This document shows, in pieces, positions 1 to 8,994 of a DNA stretch of 48,463 nt. Source of the DNA: a virus (taxonomy: Duplodnaviria; Caudoviricetes). A program made the position numbers and the translations under genes. The notes under the pieces were generated by a model that ran no database searches, had not been told where the DNA came from, and was given only the letters and a program-made list of their open reading frames with translations. Within the stretch, counting starts at the first letter, position 1. Each line of letters begins with the position of its first letter. The DNA lies in the IMG/VR virus record IMGVR_UViG_3300011102_000328, positions 1 through 48,463 of that record; one strand, given 5' to 3'.

Positions 1-106
1 CCGCCGACGGCGGCCCGGGGTTCGTAGAACTCGGGGGCGACGCTCAAGAACTGGTCTCGCCACGGAACACCGGAGGCCCGATCGCGAGAAATTGTGCATC
101 TTTTTG

Positions 107-925
107 TCATTTCGCGCTCCTTAAGGCATTATTCAATGCAGATGAAAACTCTCGCGCAGCCTTTTTGTCGACGATCTTCTCCGCCGTCCCGCGCAGATCG
201 AACATCCGCCGATACTGCGCCCCTTTGACGAACAGGAACACCGGCGCCACGTCCGCTCCGTGCGTGCCGCGTTTCGCCCATATGCCGGCCGGCAGGTTCT
301 GCACGCGGCCATTGCGCCATGCTCCGGCTCCCTGCCATGTCCCGCGGCCACGAGAGACGAAATACTGCACCCCCTGAATCGTCACGTATCCGCTCGCTCC
401 TCGGCGCTTTTTTGCTAGCCGAGCTTTGCTCTTTGCCGTCATGTTGGCTCGGTATCCCGTCTCGCCGAATGCGCCGAAATATGAGATCAGCCGGGTGATG
501 AGCGCCGCCTTTGGGTTGCCGTAGATGTCGAGCGGGTTCGCCCAGGAGTTCGCCGCAGCCACCATGCGATAACCTGGCAACAAGATGCCCGCTTTGAGAA
601 ACGCCCCCTCCATTTTTTTCCAGTTGCGCGATCCGCCGGCGAAGAGATGCGCCAACACCTTCGCCCACGGGTTACCTTTGCTTGGCGCGTCGGTGCGCAA
701 AAACACGCGCGCGGTGAGGTTGTCGCGCGTCGCCTTCGTCCAGTTCATGGCGCGCAGCGTGTAACTCGTTGGCCCGCCCTGTATTTTCTCTCGCATCTGC
801 TGCGTCATGTCGTTGCGGGTTGCCTGTGCAAGCCGCGTGAGCATGAGCGCGGCAGCGAACCGCATTTGTTTGTCGAGCGACAGCAGCGCCTTCACGTCGC
901 CGGATAGTTTCGCTGAGACGGTCAT
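107..925 (-). CDS. Phage protein, possibly gpZ-like tail completion/neck protein
   Basis: 272 aa basic ORF (FAAALMLTRLAQ...PTSYT...LPAGIW); would precede terS on the circular map. Confidence 0.55.
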   Translation of the reverse strand: MTVSAKLSGDVKALLSLDKQMRFAAALMLTRLAQATRNDMTQQMREKIQGGPTSYTLRAMNWTKATRDNLTARVFLRTDAPSKGNPWAKVLAHLFAGGSRNWKKMEGAFLKAGILLPGYRMVAAANSWANPLDIYGNPKAALITRLISYFGAFGETGYRANMTAKSKARLAKKRRGASGYVTIQGVQYFVSRGRGTWQGAGAWRNGRVQNLPAGIWAKRGTHGADVAPVFLFVKGAQYRRMFDLRGTAEKIVDKKAAREFSSALNNALRSAK

Positions 926-1134
926 CGCCGCCCGTTCCTGCGCTGCGCCTCATTGATCCGGTCCCGGCACCGAGCGCAGAGCCGATCGACCAGACGCGGC
1001 GACTCCTCCCCGCAGTCCGCGCACTCGCCCGGCTCCCCCTCAGGAATCGCCGCCGCTGCACGGCGCACCGCGGCGAGCGAGGATTCCGTCTCGATGGCGG
1101 CGTATTCGTTGGCCACGTCGATGATGTCTGTCAT
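922..1134 (-). CDS. TraR/DksA-family C4 zinc-finger protein
   Basis: MTDIID.AN N-terminus and CADC...CARC. Confidence 0.85.
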   Translation of the reverse strand: MTDIIDVANEYAAIETESSLAAVRRAAAAIPEGEPGECADCGEESPRLVDRLCARCRDRINEAQRRNGRR

Positions 1135-1535
1135 TGTTCATCCCCTATGAGCGATCGCGCCACCGCCGCCCACGCGTCCGGCGTGCCCTCGACGGTCCAT
1201 TCGTATCCATGCCATCCATTCCCCCCGAGCGCTGCCGCCAGTGGCCACACGCAGCGCCAGTCATGGCGATCGAGCCGGTAGAACAGCACCGGCAGCCCCG
1301 CGCCCGTTTTTCGTGCCTGCTCTTCGGCCTGGTGCCACCAGACGCGGATGTCCCCGCGCGCGGCCTGCCGGCGGCGTTTGACCTCGATCACCCAGCCATC
1401 GATGCCCTCGATGTCGCTGTCGCCCTCGTGCTGCCGCACGCGCCGCTTTACCTCGATGCCGAGTAGCGTGCGGATCATGGATGCCACCTCGCGCTCGCCG
1501 CGCTTGCCCTTTTCCCGTTGTGCTGCGCTCATCAT
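1131..1535 (-). CDS. Holliday junction resolvase-like PD-(D/E)XK nuclease
   Basis: QREKGKRGEREVA...SDI...IEVK; start chosen at MMSAAQ. Confidence 0.7.
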   Translation of the reverse strand: MMSAAQREKGKRGEREVASMIRTLLGIEVKRRVRQHEGDSDIEGIDGWVIEVKRRRQAARGDIRVWWHQAEEQARKTGAGLPVLFYRLDRHDWRCVWPLAAALGGNGWHGYEWTVEGTPDAWAAVARSLIGDEQ

Positions 1536-1771
1536 TCGGTCTCCGGTTTGTTGTACTCCCACGCCTGCATCAGCCACTCGAGCCGTTTTTCAACGATCTC
1601 GACCGCCGTCCTCGCCCACAGCTCGCATCCATGCGGATAGCGCGCGCTGAGGTAGCGCCACGATGCGCCATCGCGCGATGCCCGGCATAGCCCTAGCCCG
1701 TGCCGCGCGATCTCTGGAGGCGCATCGCGCAGGCTCCAATTCACGCATTCGACGCAGCGGACCATAACCAT
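1532..1771 (-). CDS. Small Cys-rich hypothetical protein
   Basis: CVEC...C...C; stop overlaps next start; start codon uncertain. Confidence 0.5.
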   Translation of the reverse strand: MVMVRCVECVNWSLRDAPPEIARHGLGLCRASRDGASWRYLSARYPHGCELWARTAVEIVEKRLEWLMQAWEYNKPETE

Positions 1772-1851
1772 GATCAAAAATCCCCCGAAAACGGCCTTAA
1801 AACGGCCTGTGTGCCATTTTCTCTTCGTTACCCAAGTCACCCTACGTACCC

Positions 1852-3243
1852 TCACAGCGGAACGCTCTGCGGCCACGATTTGCGCCTCGCCGGTTTGCGC
1901 TCCTCGCGCGCCTCGCGCAGCATCTCGCGCACGCTCGCATCGGCGTCCCCAAACCGGCTGTACTCGGCCATGAACACGAGCGGAACCATGCCGGTCGGTC
2001 CCTGGCGGTTTTTGCGAATGAGCGCCTCGGTCACCCCGCGATGCGGCGTCTCGGGGTGGTAGTAGTCGTCGCGGTAGAGCATGAGCACCACGTCGGCGTC
2101 CTGCTCGATCGAGCCGCTGTCGCGCAGGTCGGAGAGGATTGGACGTTTGTCCGGCCGCTCTTCGGGTTTGCGCGAGAGCTGCGACAGCAGCACCACGGGG
2201 ACGTCGAGCTCGCGCGCCATGAGTTTCATCGCGCGGCTGATCTGGCTCACCTCCTCGTTGCGGCTCGACCCGTCGCCAACCATGAGCTGCAGGTAGTCGA
2301 TCACCACGAGGTCAAGGCCATGCTTGCGCTTGACCTGCCGAGCGCGCGCGGCCATCTGCGCCGGGGTGAGCGTGCTCGATTCATCGATGAGCAGACGCGC
2401 CGGTTTGAGCCGGGTTGCGGCGGATTGGATTTTGTCGAGGTCATCCTCGCTCATGGTCGGCGAGTGGATCTTCTGCATCGGGATGCGGCCGATGCTCGCC
2501 ATGGCGCGCACGGCAAGCTGGCGCGACCCCATCTCCAAGGAAAACACGAGCGAGGTTTTGCCGGACAGCGCCACGTTCTCGGCGATGTTGAGCGCGAGCG
2601 CCGTTTTCCCCATCGACGGCCGCGCCGCAACGATGACGAGATCGCCGTTTTTCATCCCGCCGAGCATGCGGTCGAGGTCGGTGAATCCCGTTTTCAGGCC
2701 ATCGACCTCATGGCCGCGCTCGATGCGCGCGTGGATTTCGGAGACCACCTCCGGCAGGATTTCGCCGATCGCGCGAGGCTCGCTGCCGTTGCCGGCGTCG
2801 AGAAGTTCGGTGAGCGCGGTGATCGCCTCGTCGATGCGCTCGCGCGCCGGACGGTTTGATGGGTCGGCAGCGATGCCGGCGATCCGCTCGATGGCCGCCG
2901 AGAGCTGGCGCAGGCGCGATTTCTCGTAAATTATCTTGGCATAACCACGCGCATTCGATCCCCCCGGCGTCTGGTTCGCCAGTTCGGCAAGGTACGCGAT
3001 ACCGCCAACGGCCTCGGCGTGTCCTGCCGCGCTGAGGTGCTCGAACACGGTGATCACATCGGGCTCGCCGCCAGCGGAGACGATTTTCTCGATCGCTCGC
3101 CAGATGAGCCGGTGCTCATGCCGGAACAGATCGCGTTCGGTTACGAGGTCGGCAACGGAATCCCATGTGGCCGCGCCGGTGAGCAGGATTGCGCCGATGA
3201 GCGACTGTTCGGCCTCGATCGCCTGGTGCATGGGGTTAGCCAT
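1852..3243 (-). CDS. dnaB: Replicative DNA helicase DnaB
   Basis: EAEQSLIGAIL, Walker A AARPSMGKT, VVIDYLQLM, LSQLSR, SDLRDSGSIEQDAD. Confidence 0.97.
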   Translation of the reverse strand: MANPMHQAIEAEQSLIGAILLTGAATWDSVADLVTERDLFRHEHRLIWRAIEKIVSAGGEPDVITVFEHLSAAGHAEAVGGIAYLAELANQTPGGSNARGYAKIIYEKSRLRQLSAAIERIAGIAADPSNRPARERIDEAITALTELLDAGNGSEPRAIGEILPEVVSEIHARIERGHEVDGLKTGFTDLDRMLGGMKNGDLVIVAARPSMGKTALALNIAENVALSGKTSLVFSLEMGSRQLAVRAMASIGRIPMQKIHSPTMSEDDLDKIQSAATRLKPARLLIDESSTLTPAQMAARARQVKRKHGLDLVVIDYLQLMVGDGSSRNEEVSQISRAMKLMARELDVPVVLLSQLSRKPEERPDKRPILSDLRDSGSIEQDADVVLMLYRDDYYHPETPHRGVTEALIRKNRQGPTGMVPLVFMAEYSRFGDADASVREMLREAREERKPARRKSWPQSVPL

Positions 3244-4135
3244 GGGCCACCTCCAGCTCGCGGACGAGCAGTTTCCCTTTGCCGGTCAGCGCCAGGCTGC
3301 CGTCCGATGCCACGCACCACAGGCCGTACCAGTTCTCGCGCACGGCGTTGAGGAAAACGTGCCTCCAATCGCGGTAGCGCTTCCTCTGGTACTGCGGGTC
3401 GTGCAGGTAGCGGTCGGTGAATTTCTCCCATGCCATTGCCACCCAGTCGGCAGGAATCCCAACGCGATCGCAGTACTCCCAAAGCGGCTGGTAGTCGCGA
3501 ACGGGCCTCTCCCCATTGGCCGTGATCACGTCGAGCCACTGCCGGAACGTGGATTCGTTGCGTTGCGTTTTCGGTTTTGCAGGAGGCGCAGGGGGGGCCG
3601 GCTCGCGCAGCGAGACGGTATCGGCGGCGTGGGCTGGAGGCGGCGTTTTTTCGCGCGCCCCCTCTCTTGTAGTCTCTGTCGTAGTCTCTGTCGTAGTCTC
3701 TGTTCTATATAGACAGTTTGGCGGATTCGTGCAGTCTTGTTTGGCGCTTTCGTGCAGTCTTGTTTGGCGCTTTCGTGCATTCTTGTTTGGCGCTTTCGTG
3801 CAATCTGCACTCATGATCCCGTGCTCGACGAGAGCGTCCAGAATGGCCTCTTCGTTGACGCGGTAATGCAGCTGTGCTGGCATGCCGCGGCGCTCTTCCT
3901 CGATGAACCCGAGCTCGCGTAGTTTGGCCCGCGCCGTTTCCTGCTCGCGGCGCGTCATCCCGGTTTCCTCTTCCCACTCGGCCATCGTCTTGTAGAACCA
4001 CCCATCATCTTCGGTGGTCCTGCGCGACCAGTAAATTGCCTGGGATAGCATCAATGCCGCCGTGATGCTGCCTGTGATCGTCACCAACGGCCGATGAAAT
4101 GCAATCGGCCTGTCGAATATCGATAACAGATTCAT
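3236..4135 (-). CDS. Phage replication initiator (O-like)
   Basis: DRPIAFH...LSQAIYW...WEEETGMTRREQETARAKL winged-helix type N-terminus; internal iterons; directly upstream of dnaB. Confidence 0.85.
   Translation of the reverse strand: MNLLSIFDRPIAFHRPLVTITGSITAALMLSQAIYWSRRTTEDDGWFYKTMAEWEEETGMTRREQETARAKLRELGFIEEERRGMPAQLHYRVNEEAILDALVEHGIMSADCTKAPNKNARKRQTRLHESAKQDCTNPPNCLYRTETTTETTTETTREGAREKTPPPAHAADTVSLREPAPPAPPAKPKTQRNESTFRQWLDVITANGERPVRDYQPLWEYCDRVGIPADWVAMAWEKFTDRYLHDPQYQRKRYRDWRHVFLNAVRENWYGLWCVASDGSLALTGKGKLLVRELEVAHG
3726..3802. repeat. Iterons, putative replication origin: 3.3 x 23 bp TTCGTGCAGTCTTGTTTGGCGCT
   Basis: Tandem copies at 3726, 3749, 3772 and partial at 3795, inside the initiator gene as in lambda ori. 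Confidence 0.8.
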
Positions 4136-4299
4136 ATCAACCCCCTTTCCTCTTCCATCTTCCGCACCCGGCGCGGTGACCGGCGCTGGATGAGTTCTGC
4201 CATGCGCTGCCAGTGGCGGCGTCGCTCGTCGTCGTTTTTGGCCTTCAGCATCCGGCGCATCTCTGCCCGGATCAGGAGTTCGTTGATCAGGTCGCGCAT
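4132..4299 (-). CDS. Small hypothetical protein (MRDLINELLIRAEMRR..., 55 aa)
   Basis: Read by hand; fills the operon gap and its stop overlaps the initiator start (ATGA). Confidence 0.6.
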   Translation of the reverse strand: MRDLINELLIRAEMRRMLKAKNDDERRRHWQRMAELIQRRSPRRVRKMEEERGLI

Positions 4300-4303
4300 T
4301 CGG

Positions 4304-4837
4304 TCACCCCGCGATGAATTCGTATGCGTGGGTGCGCTGGCTCACTTCCATGAGCTCGGCGCACTGGGCGTCGTCCAGGTCTGCTACGTGCTCCATTGCC
4401 GCCAGCGGCCACAGGCGGGTTGGTGGGCGCCAGTCGTTCATCAGCCGGGGATACGTGAGCCCGCCGACCACCCGTGGCATGTCGAGCAGGTGGATGAAAT
4501 TCCCGTAGGCCCTTTTCTCGCCCTCGTCCACGAACAGAATGAAGATCGGCATGGAGTGGCGCCGTGAAAACTTGATGTAATCTTGGTAGTGGCGCTCGGA
4601 AATTCCGGTGGCCGGCCAGCGGTTGAGCCGCGCTTTCGCCTTCACCTCCACCACGATCGCCTCCTGTTTGTTGCGCACGCACAGCATGTCGAACGTATGC
4701 GCCCCGTCGGTTTCAGGCCGGTAGACGATCCATCCCATGCTCTCGTAGAGCCGTTTGGCAATCAGCTCCCCAATCTCGCCCTTGCGCATCGCCGTTTGAA
4801 AACTTCGTGGTTTCGTTGCCAAACGATTCCCATCCAT
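4304..4837 (-). CDS. PD-(D/E)XK-like putative endonuclease
   Basis: KGEIGE...HTFD...VEVKAK; start may be 4789. Confidence 0.65.
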   Translation of the reverse strand: MDGNRLATKPRSFQTAMRKGEIGELIAKRLYESMGWIVYRPETDGAHTFDMLCVRNKQEAIVVEVKAKARLNRWPATGISERHYQDYIKFSRRHSMPIFILFVDEGEKRAYGNFIHLLDMPRVVGGLTYPRLMNDWRPPTRLWPLAAMEHVADLDDAQCAELMEVSQRTHAYEFIAG

Positions 4838-6011
4838 GACGTTTCTCGCGAGAAAAGAAGTCCAGTTTTCGCCCTCTGGTTACGGCCTCGACGAACTGGT
4901 AGAACGATTCGGGTTTGCGGCTGTGCTCGCGCCGCGGCTCACGCAAAATGTCGCGCAGCGAGGTATTGCTCCAGAACGGCCGTCCCCTGATCCCGATGAG
5001 GCAGAATTCGCACTGCATGCGCACCCACGCGCCCATGCCGATCCGCTCTTTGTCCCAGACCAACGTAGCCTTGTACTCGAAACCCCATGTTTTCATGAGG
5101 TTGAACGCATCCGGCAGGAAACGGTGGGTCGTCCACAGGAACAGCACACAATCATCTGCGGCGGGCAGATCGATTGCCGCGATGTCCTCGAGGCTCATTT
5201 CGGGATAGGGATTGGCGACGCGGCTGCCATTGGGGTCGTATTCGCGGCCATAGGGCCATGGCGGGTCGATGGCAATCACGTCGAACACGCCAGATGGCGC
5301 CTGAACGGCACCGGATTCGATTTCCGTTTTCTGCCGGGCGATGTCCTGCTGGAACCGGATCTTCTTCACGTCCTTTACCGACGCCGCCCCGTGCTCGACA
5401 ATTGCCCTTGCCACTTCGCGCTGCTCTTCTTCCGGCATCCGGGCAATCGCCAGCAGATCGGTTTTCGATTCGGCCACCGGAGTCGAGCGCAATAGCTCGC
5501 GCACGTCTTCAGGGATGCGCGTGGCGATTTGGACGTCGCGGTAGATGCTCCGCTCGTTGGCTCCAGTTTTCTTCGCTGTATCTTCGACGAATGTCACTGA
5601 CAAATTGTCAGTGACATTGTGTCCAAGGCTGCTGTGCATCCCGATCGCCTGCGCCACCCCTTTTCTCGTTTCCGGGTGCAATGCCTCATAGATGGCCTTT
5701 CTCCGCGCCAACTGCTCCGCGCGTTCGAGCGCGGTGAGCTCGTTGCGAACGAGGTTCTCGTCGATCTCTGCGAGCTCCGCGCGCATGTCGTCGGCCTGCA
5801 CGATGCGCGCGTCGATCTCCTGCCAACCAAGCTTTCGGCACGCCTCCAACCGGTGCATCCCGGCCACCAGGCGGCGATCCTCGGTGATCACGATTGGTTG
5901 GAGCAATCCGAGCTCAGCGATCGACTCGGCCAGCGGCGTTACGTCGCCGAGCGAGCGTTTGCGCTCTCCGACGACGATCTCGGAAATGGGCACGCGCACG
6001 ACGTCGCTCAT
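4713..6011 (-). CDS. ParB-like domain fused to MT-A70 family adenine methyltransferase
   Basis: GLLQPI...AGMHRLEA, ENLVRNELT; DPPW, LFLWTT, HSRKP, GNET motifs. Confidence 0.9.
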   Translation of the reverse strand: MSDVVRVPISEIVVGERKRSLGDVTPLAESIAELGLLQPIVITEDRRLVAGMHRLEACRKLGWQEIDARIVQADDMRAELAEIDENLVRNELTALERAEQLARRKAIYEALHPETRKGVAQAIGMHSSLGHNVTDNLSVTFVEDTAKKTGANERSIYRDVQIATRIPEDVRELLRSTPVAESKTDLLAIARMPEEEQREVARAIVEHGAASVKDVKKIRFQQDIARQKTEIESGAVQAPSGVFDVIAIDPPWPYGREYDPNGSRVANPYPEMSLEDIAAIDLPAADDCVLFLWTTHRFLPDAFNLMKTWGFEYKATLVWDKERIGMGAWVRMQCEFCLIGIRGRPFWSNTSLRDILREPRREHSRKPESFYQFVEAVTRGRKLDFFSREKRHGWESFGNETTKFSNGDAQGRDWGADCQTALREHGMDRLPA

Positions 6012-6014
6012 GGA

Positions 6015-6482
6015 TCACGCCCCCCGCAGCGATGCGCGCAGTTCGGTTGCCGCCTGCATGAGCTCGGCGAGTAGGTCGTCAAGTTCTTTGCGCTCCAGGG
6101 AATAGAATCGGCCGTCCTCTGCCGCGAGCGCCCCTGCGCCGAGCACAGATGAGGCCTTGCGCGTGAGCTCGAGGAACAGGCGGATGCTCTCGCCTGGCGA
6201 GCGGTGCTCGAACTCCATGTCGATCGGCACCTGCCCCACCAGGCGGCAGAGCTCAAACACGGATCGCTTGGCCTGGATGCGGGGGATGATCTCGAGCAGC
6301 ACTCCGAGCGACGGGGGAGAGCTCGCGAGCTGGTCGGGGTTGATGGCGTTGGCCAGCGTGAATTTGGTCACGCCGACCCGTTCGGCGACGGCGGTGATCC
6401 CGCCGGGGAAGCCTTTGCAATCCGCCTGCAGGGCGAGGAAGAAGGATCGGAACTCTTCTTTTGGCGAGCGTGGCATTTTCAC
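6015..6482 (-). CDS. CII-like phage regulator
   Basis: FPGGITAVAERVGV..TLANAINP HTH; downstream of cro. Confidence 0.7.
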   Translation of the reverse strand: MKMPRSPKEEFRSFFLALQADCKGFPGGITAVAERVGVTKFTLANAINPDQLASSPPSLGVLLEIIPRIQAKRSVFELCRLVGQVPIDMEFEHRSPGESIRLFLELTRKASSVLGAGALAAEDGRFYSLERKELDDLLAELMQAATELRASLRGA

Positions 6483-6536
6483 GATAACCCTCCGGGTGGT
6501 TTGTGCTGTGTTTGGTGCCCCTCGCGTCTCTTCATG

Positions 6537-6572
6537 AAAAAAGCGCGGCGCCGGCGTTGCGCACGGCGCCGC
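6537..6572 (-). terminator. tR1-like intrinsic terminator after cro
   Basis: GCGGCGCCG...CGGCGCCGC stem followed by T6 on the minus strand. Confidence 0.6.
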
Positions 6573-6604
6573 TCAAGGGAGGGAGAGGGGGGGATGGGGA
6601 ACGA

Positions 6605-6847
6605 TCATGCAAGTTCTTCTTGTGCCAGCGTCGTGCCGCGCAGGCACGACCAATCAACGTCCGGGCGCAGCTCTTCGCAGCGCACGGCGCCATTCGTAGC
6701 TCGCTCGATTGCCGGGCAGCGCTCAGCAGGTACGCGTTTTATGCCGTATCGCCACTGGCTGACCATGACAGGGGTGACGTTCAGCTCCTTTGCCAGCCTC
6801 GTCACCCCCCCTCGGCCAGTTAGCGTGAGGTAGGTATCTAGTTTCAT
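6605..6847 (-). CDS. cro: Cro/YdaS-like HTH regulator, probably leaderless
   Basis: LAKELNVTPVMVSQW...VPAERCPAIERATNGAV..EELRPDVDW. Confidence 0.9.
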   Translation of the reverse strand: MKLDTYLTLTGRGGVTRLAKELNVTPVMVSQWRYGIKRVPAERCPAIERATNGAVRCEELRPDVDWSCLRGTTLAQEELA

Positions 6848-6854
6848 GCGCTAC

Positions 6855-6917
6855 ATGTTAGCGCAACGCTTAATGAAATGCAAGCGTTACGCTTTTTCCA
6901 TTTTTTAGCTTTAGGCT
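6855..6917 (-). promoter_or_regulatory. PR promoter with three OR-like operators
   Basis: Minus strand TTGCAT-17-TAACAT, 7 nt before the cro ATG; AGCG-N3-CGCT palindromes at 6860 and 6883 and a degenerate copy at 6907 (23/24-bp spacing). Confidence 0.85.
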
Positions 6918-7005
6918 ATCTAATAAGGCGCATGACATAATAAATGATTATCAGGTAACGCTAGACATCGTCCCATAACCCCATCCCCCCCACATCCCAC
7001 ACACG

Positions 7006-7028
7006 ATCCGCTACGGCGGATTTTTTTT
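7006..7028 (+). terminator. Intrinsic terminator at the expected end of a cI transcript
   Basis: ATCCGC-TACG-GCGGAT followed by a T run. Confidence 0.85.
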
Positions 7029-7040
7029 GCGCGAAGTTTT

Positions 7041-7078
7041 AGCGTAGCGCTTGACTATTTTTAGCGTGGCGCTATAAT
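7041..7078 (+). promoter_or_regulatory. PL promoter with two OL-like operators
   Basis: TTGACT(7051)-16-TATAAT(7073); AGCGTAGCGCT at 7041 and AGCGTGGCGCT at 7063. Confidence 0.85.
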
Positions 7079-7105
7079 GAGAGAACAACATCACCGGAGG
7101 CCACC

Positions 7106-7303
7106 ATGAACACCAACGAGCACCAGCAACCACGCCCTGCCATCGCCTGCGCCGTCGAGGTGCGCACGGAAGACGGAGGGTTCCATCGTTACCACGGCGT
7201 CTTCCCCAGCACCTGCGCCGCCCTCGACCACGCGCTCGAAAAATTCGGCGCTTGGGTAAAAGTCGGCGTCACGCCGATCGGATATTCGGAGGTGCGGCAA
7301 TGA
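7106..7303 (+). CDS. Early hypothetical protein
   Basis: GGAGG RBS; first ORF after PL. Confidence 0.7.
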   Translation: MNTNEHQQPRPAIACAVEVRTEDGGFHRYHGVFPSTCAALDHALEKFGAWVKVGVTPIGYSEVRQ

Positions 7304-7515
7304 AATGTCCAGGATGCACAGGAACCGGTGTAGTGACGTCTCCGGTCTGGCAGATGTTTTTCGATGAATGCCGGTCAGCTGGAGAGTGGGTTGATCCTGA
7401 CGAATGGGCGAGGAGAAACGGCTATAGCGGAGAAATGGACATTGGCCCCGAGGAAATCGAGTGCGAGACCTGCGGCGGCACTGGGGCAATAGTCATGAAG
7501 GGAGAATACCAATGA
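7300..7515 (+). CDS. Small zinc-finger protein with CxxCxGxG motifs
   Basis: MKCPGCTGTG...CETCGGTG; ATGA coupling. Confidence 0.7.
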   Translation: MKCPGCTGTGVVTSPVWQMFFDECRSAGEWVDPDEWARRNGYSGEMDIGPEEIECETCGGTGAIVMKGEYQ

Positions 7516-7826
7516 GCCAGCTACCATGCGCCGTCGAGCGCGACCGTTTCGAGGCCGCGCTAGAGGCCGAAACCAAGAGAATATATTGCAAATGGATAAA
7601 TTCTCTTGAAGAAAAAAGCCCTCGATTCATGGCAGATGCCATACGGATGGCATGTGCCAGTTTTGACCCAGCTTTGGTGGCAGCGGCCAAAGCGTTTGCC
7701 AGAAAAGACTACGAAGACCTTGGCCGCTTGCTGGATGACATCTTCAAAACTGAACTTAGAAAGTCTGCTGCTGTAGAGGCCGAGCGCAGGCTGAAGAAGC
7801 TCATGGGAGAGGAGGAGAAGAAATGA
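7512..7826 (+). CDS. Hypothetical protein (MSQLPCAVERD)
   Basis: GGAG RBS; ATGA coupling. Confidence 0.65.
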   Translation: MSQLPCAVERDRFEAALEAETKRIYCKWINSLEEKSPRFMADAIRMACASFDPALVAAAKAFARKDYEDLGRLLDDIFKTELRKSAAVEAERRLKKLMGEEEKK

Positions 7827-8203
7827 CCAATCTTACATGCGCCGTCGAGCGCGACCTTGCGCGCTATCAGGCAGAGATCGATGAGCGCGACCGCTACCAA
7901 ATGGCGGTCGCCGAAGAAAAGGCGCGGCTTGTTGATGAGTACAGCAAGCCGCTGGATGCCGGATGCGGCGAGTTTTTCGTCGAGCTGGTTCAAGACGCGG
8001 AGTTGAGAAACTGTCCCCGCCTGCGCGCCATGCTCGATGCGCTTGGCAAAGGCGATGACCGCGCCGCCATCACCAACCTGCGCGCGATGCTGGATGCGGC
8101 GATCGAGCGCATCGCCGAAAGGGATGCGGAAAGGGAAGTGAACAACAAGATGGGGATTGAATACCTCGCCAAGAAATTCGGATTCGTTCCCGGCAATTTT
8201 TGA
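7823..8203 (+). CDS. Hypothetical protein (MTNLTCAVERD)
   Basis: GGAGG RBS; ATGA coupling. Confidence 0.7.
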   Translation: MTNLTCAVERDLARYQAEIDERDRYQMAVAEEKARLVDEYSKPLDAGCGEFFVELVQDAELRNCPRLRAMLDALGKGDDRAAITNLRAMLDAAIERIAERDAEREVNNKMGIEYLAKKFGFVPGNF

Positions 8204-8219
8204 CCTTGGAGAAAAAATC

Positions 8220-8993
8220 ATGGGGAAAAGCATCGTACAGGCTGAAGCGAGCAAGCTCGCTCAGCGTTTCGGCATCAACGCCGCGCCGGAGGAGATCATC
8301 GAAACCCTCAAGGCGACGGTGTTCAGAGGCCAAGTCAGTGATTCTCAGCTTGCCGCGTTGATGGTGGTGGCCGGTCAGTACGGACTCAATCCATGGACGA
8401 AAGAGATTTACGCATTTCCAGACCGCAACAACGGCATCGTCCCGGTTGTGGGGGTAGATGGATGGTCACGCATCATCAATGAACACCCGATGTTCGACGG
8501 GATGGAGTTCGAGTTTGCCGAGGATTTTTCCTCCTGCACCTGCACCATCTACCGGAAAGACCGAAGTCACCCGATCCGGGTGACGGAGTACATGAACGAG
8601 TGTTCCCGTGAGGGGCCCGGCCCGTGGAAAACCCATCCCAAGCGGATGCTGCGCCACAAGGCAATGATTCAGTGTGCGCGGCTTGCGTTCGGATTCGCTG
8701 GCATCTACGACCCGGACGAGGCCGAGCGCGTCGTCGAGATGATCGACGCGCAGACGGGGGAAGTGGTCAAGAAAGAACCCCAACGTCCTGCCATCGAGCA
8801 CTACCCCGAGGAGAAGTTCGAGAAAAACCTCCCCGCCTGGCGCTCGCTCATCGAGTCCGGGAAAAAGACCGCGGAGGAAATCATCATCTCCATTTCATCC
8901 CGCGCGACCCTCTCTGATGACCAGATTCGCCGGATCAAAAACTTGGAGCCGTTGGAAATGAACGCCGGGGAACCGGTCGCAGAGGAGGCGTGA
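8220..8993 (+). CDS. bet: Red-beta/Bet single-strand annealing protein
   Basis: QYGLNPWTKEIYAFP, VVGVDGWSRIINEHP.FDGMEF, PKRMLRHKAMIQCARLAFGFAGIYDPDEAER. Confidence 0.95.
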   Translation: MGKSIVQAEASKLAQRFGINAAPEEIIETLKATVFRGQVSDSQLAALMVVAGQYGLNPWTKEIYAFPDRNNGIVPVVGVDGWSRIINEHPMFDGMEFEFAEDFSSCTCTIYRKDRSHPIRVTEYMNECSREGPGPWKTHPKRMLRHKAMIQCARLAFGFAGIYDPDEAERVVEMIDAQTGEVVKKEPQRPAIEHYPEEKFEKNLPAWRSLIESGKKTAEEIIISISSRATLSDDQIRRIKNLEPLEMNAGEPVAEEA

Positions 8994-8994
8994 A

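Noticed and set aside
3669-3702. 12-bp tandem repeat GTAGTCTCTGTC x3
   Set aside because: Encodes the TETT linker common in phage initiators; at most part of the origin region
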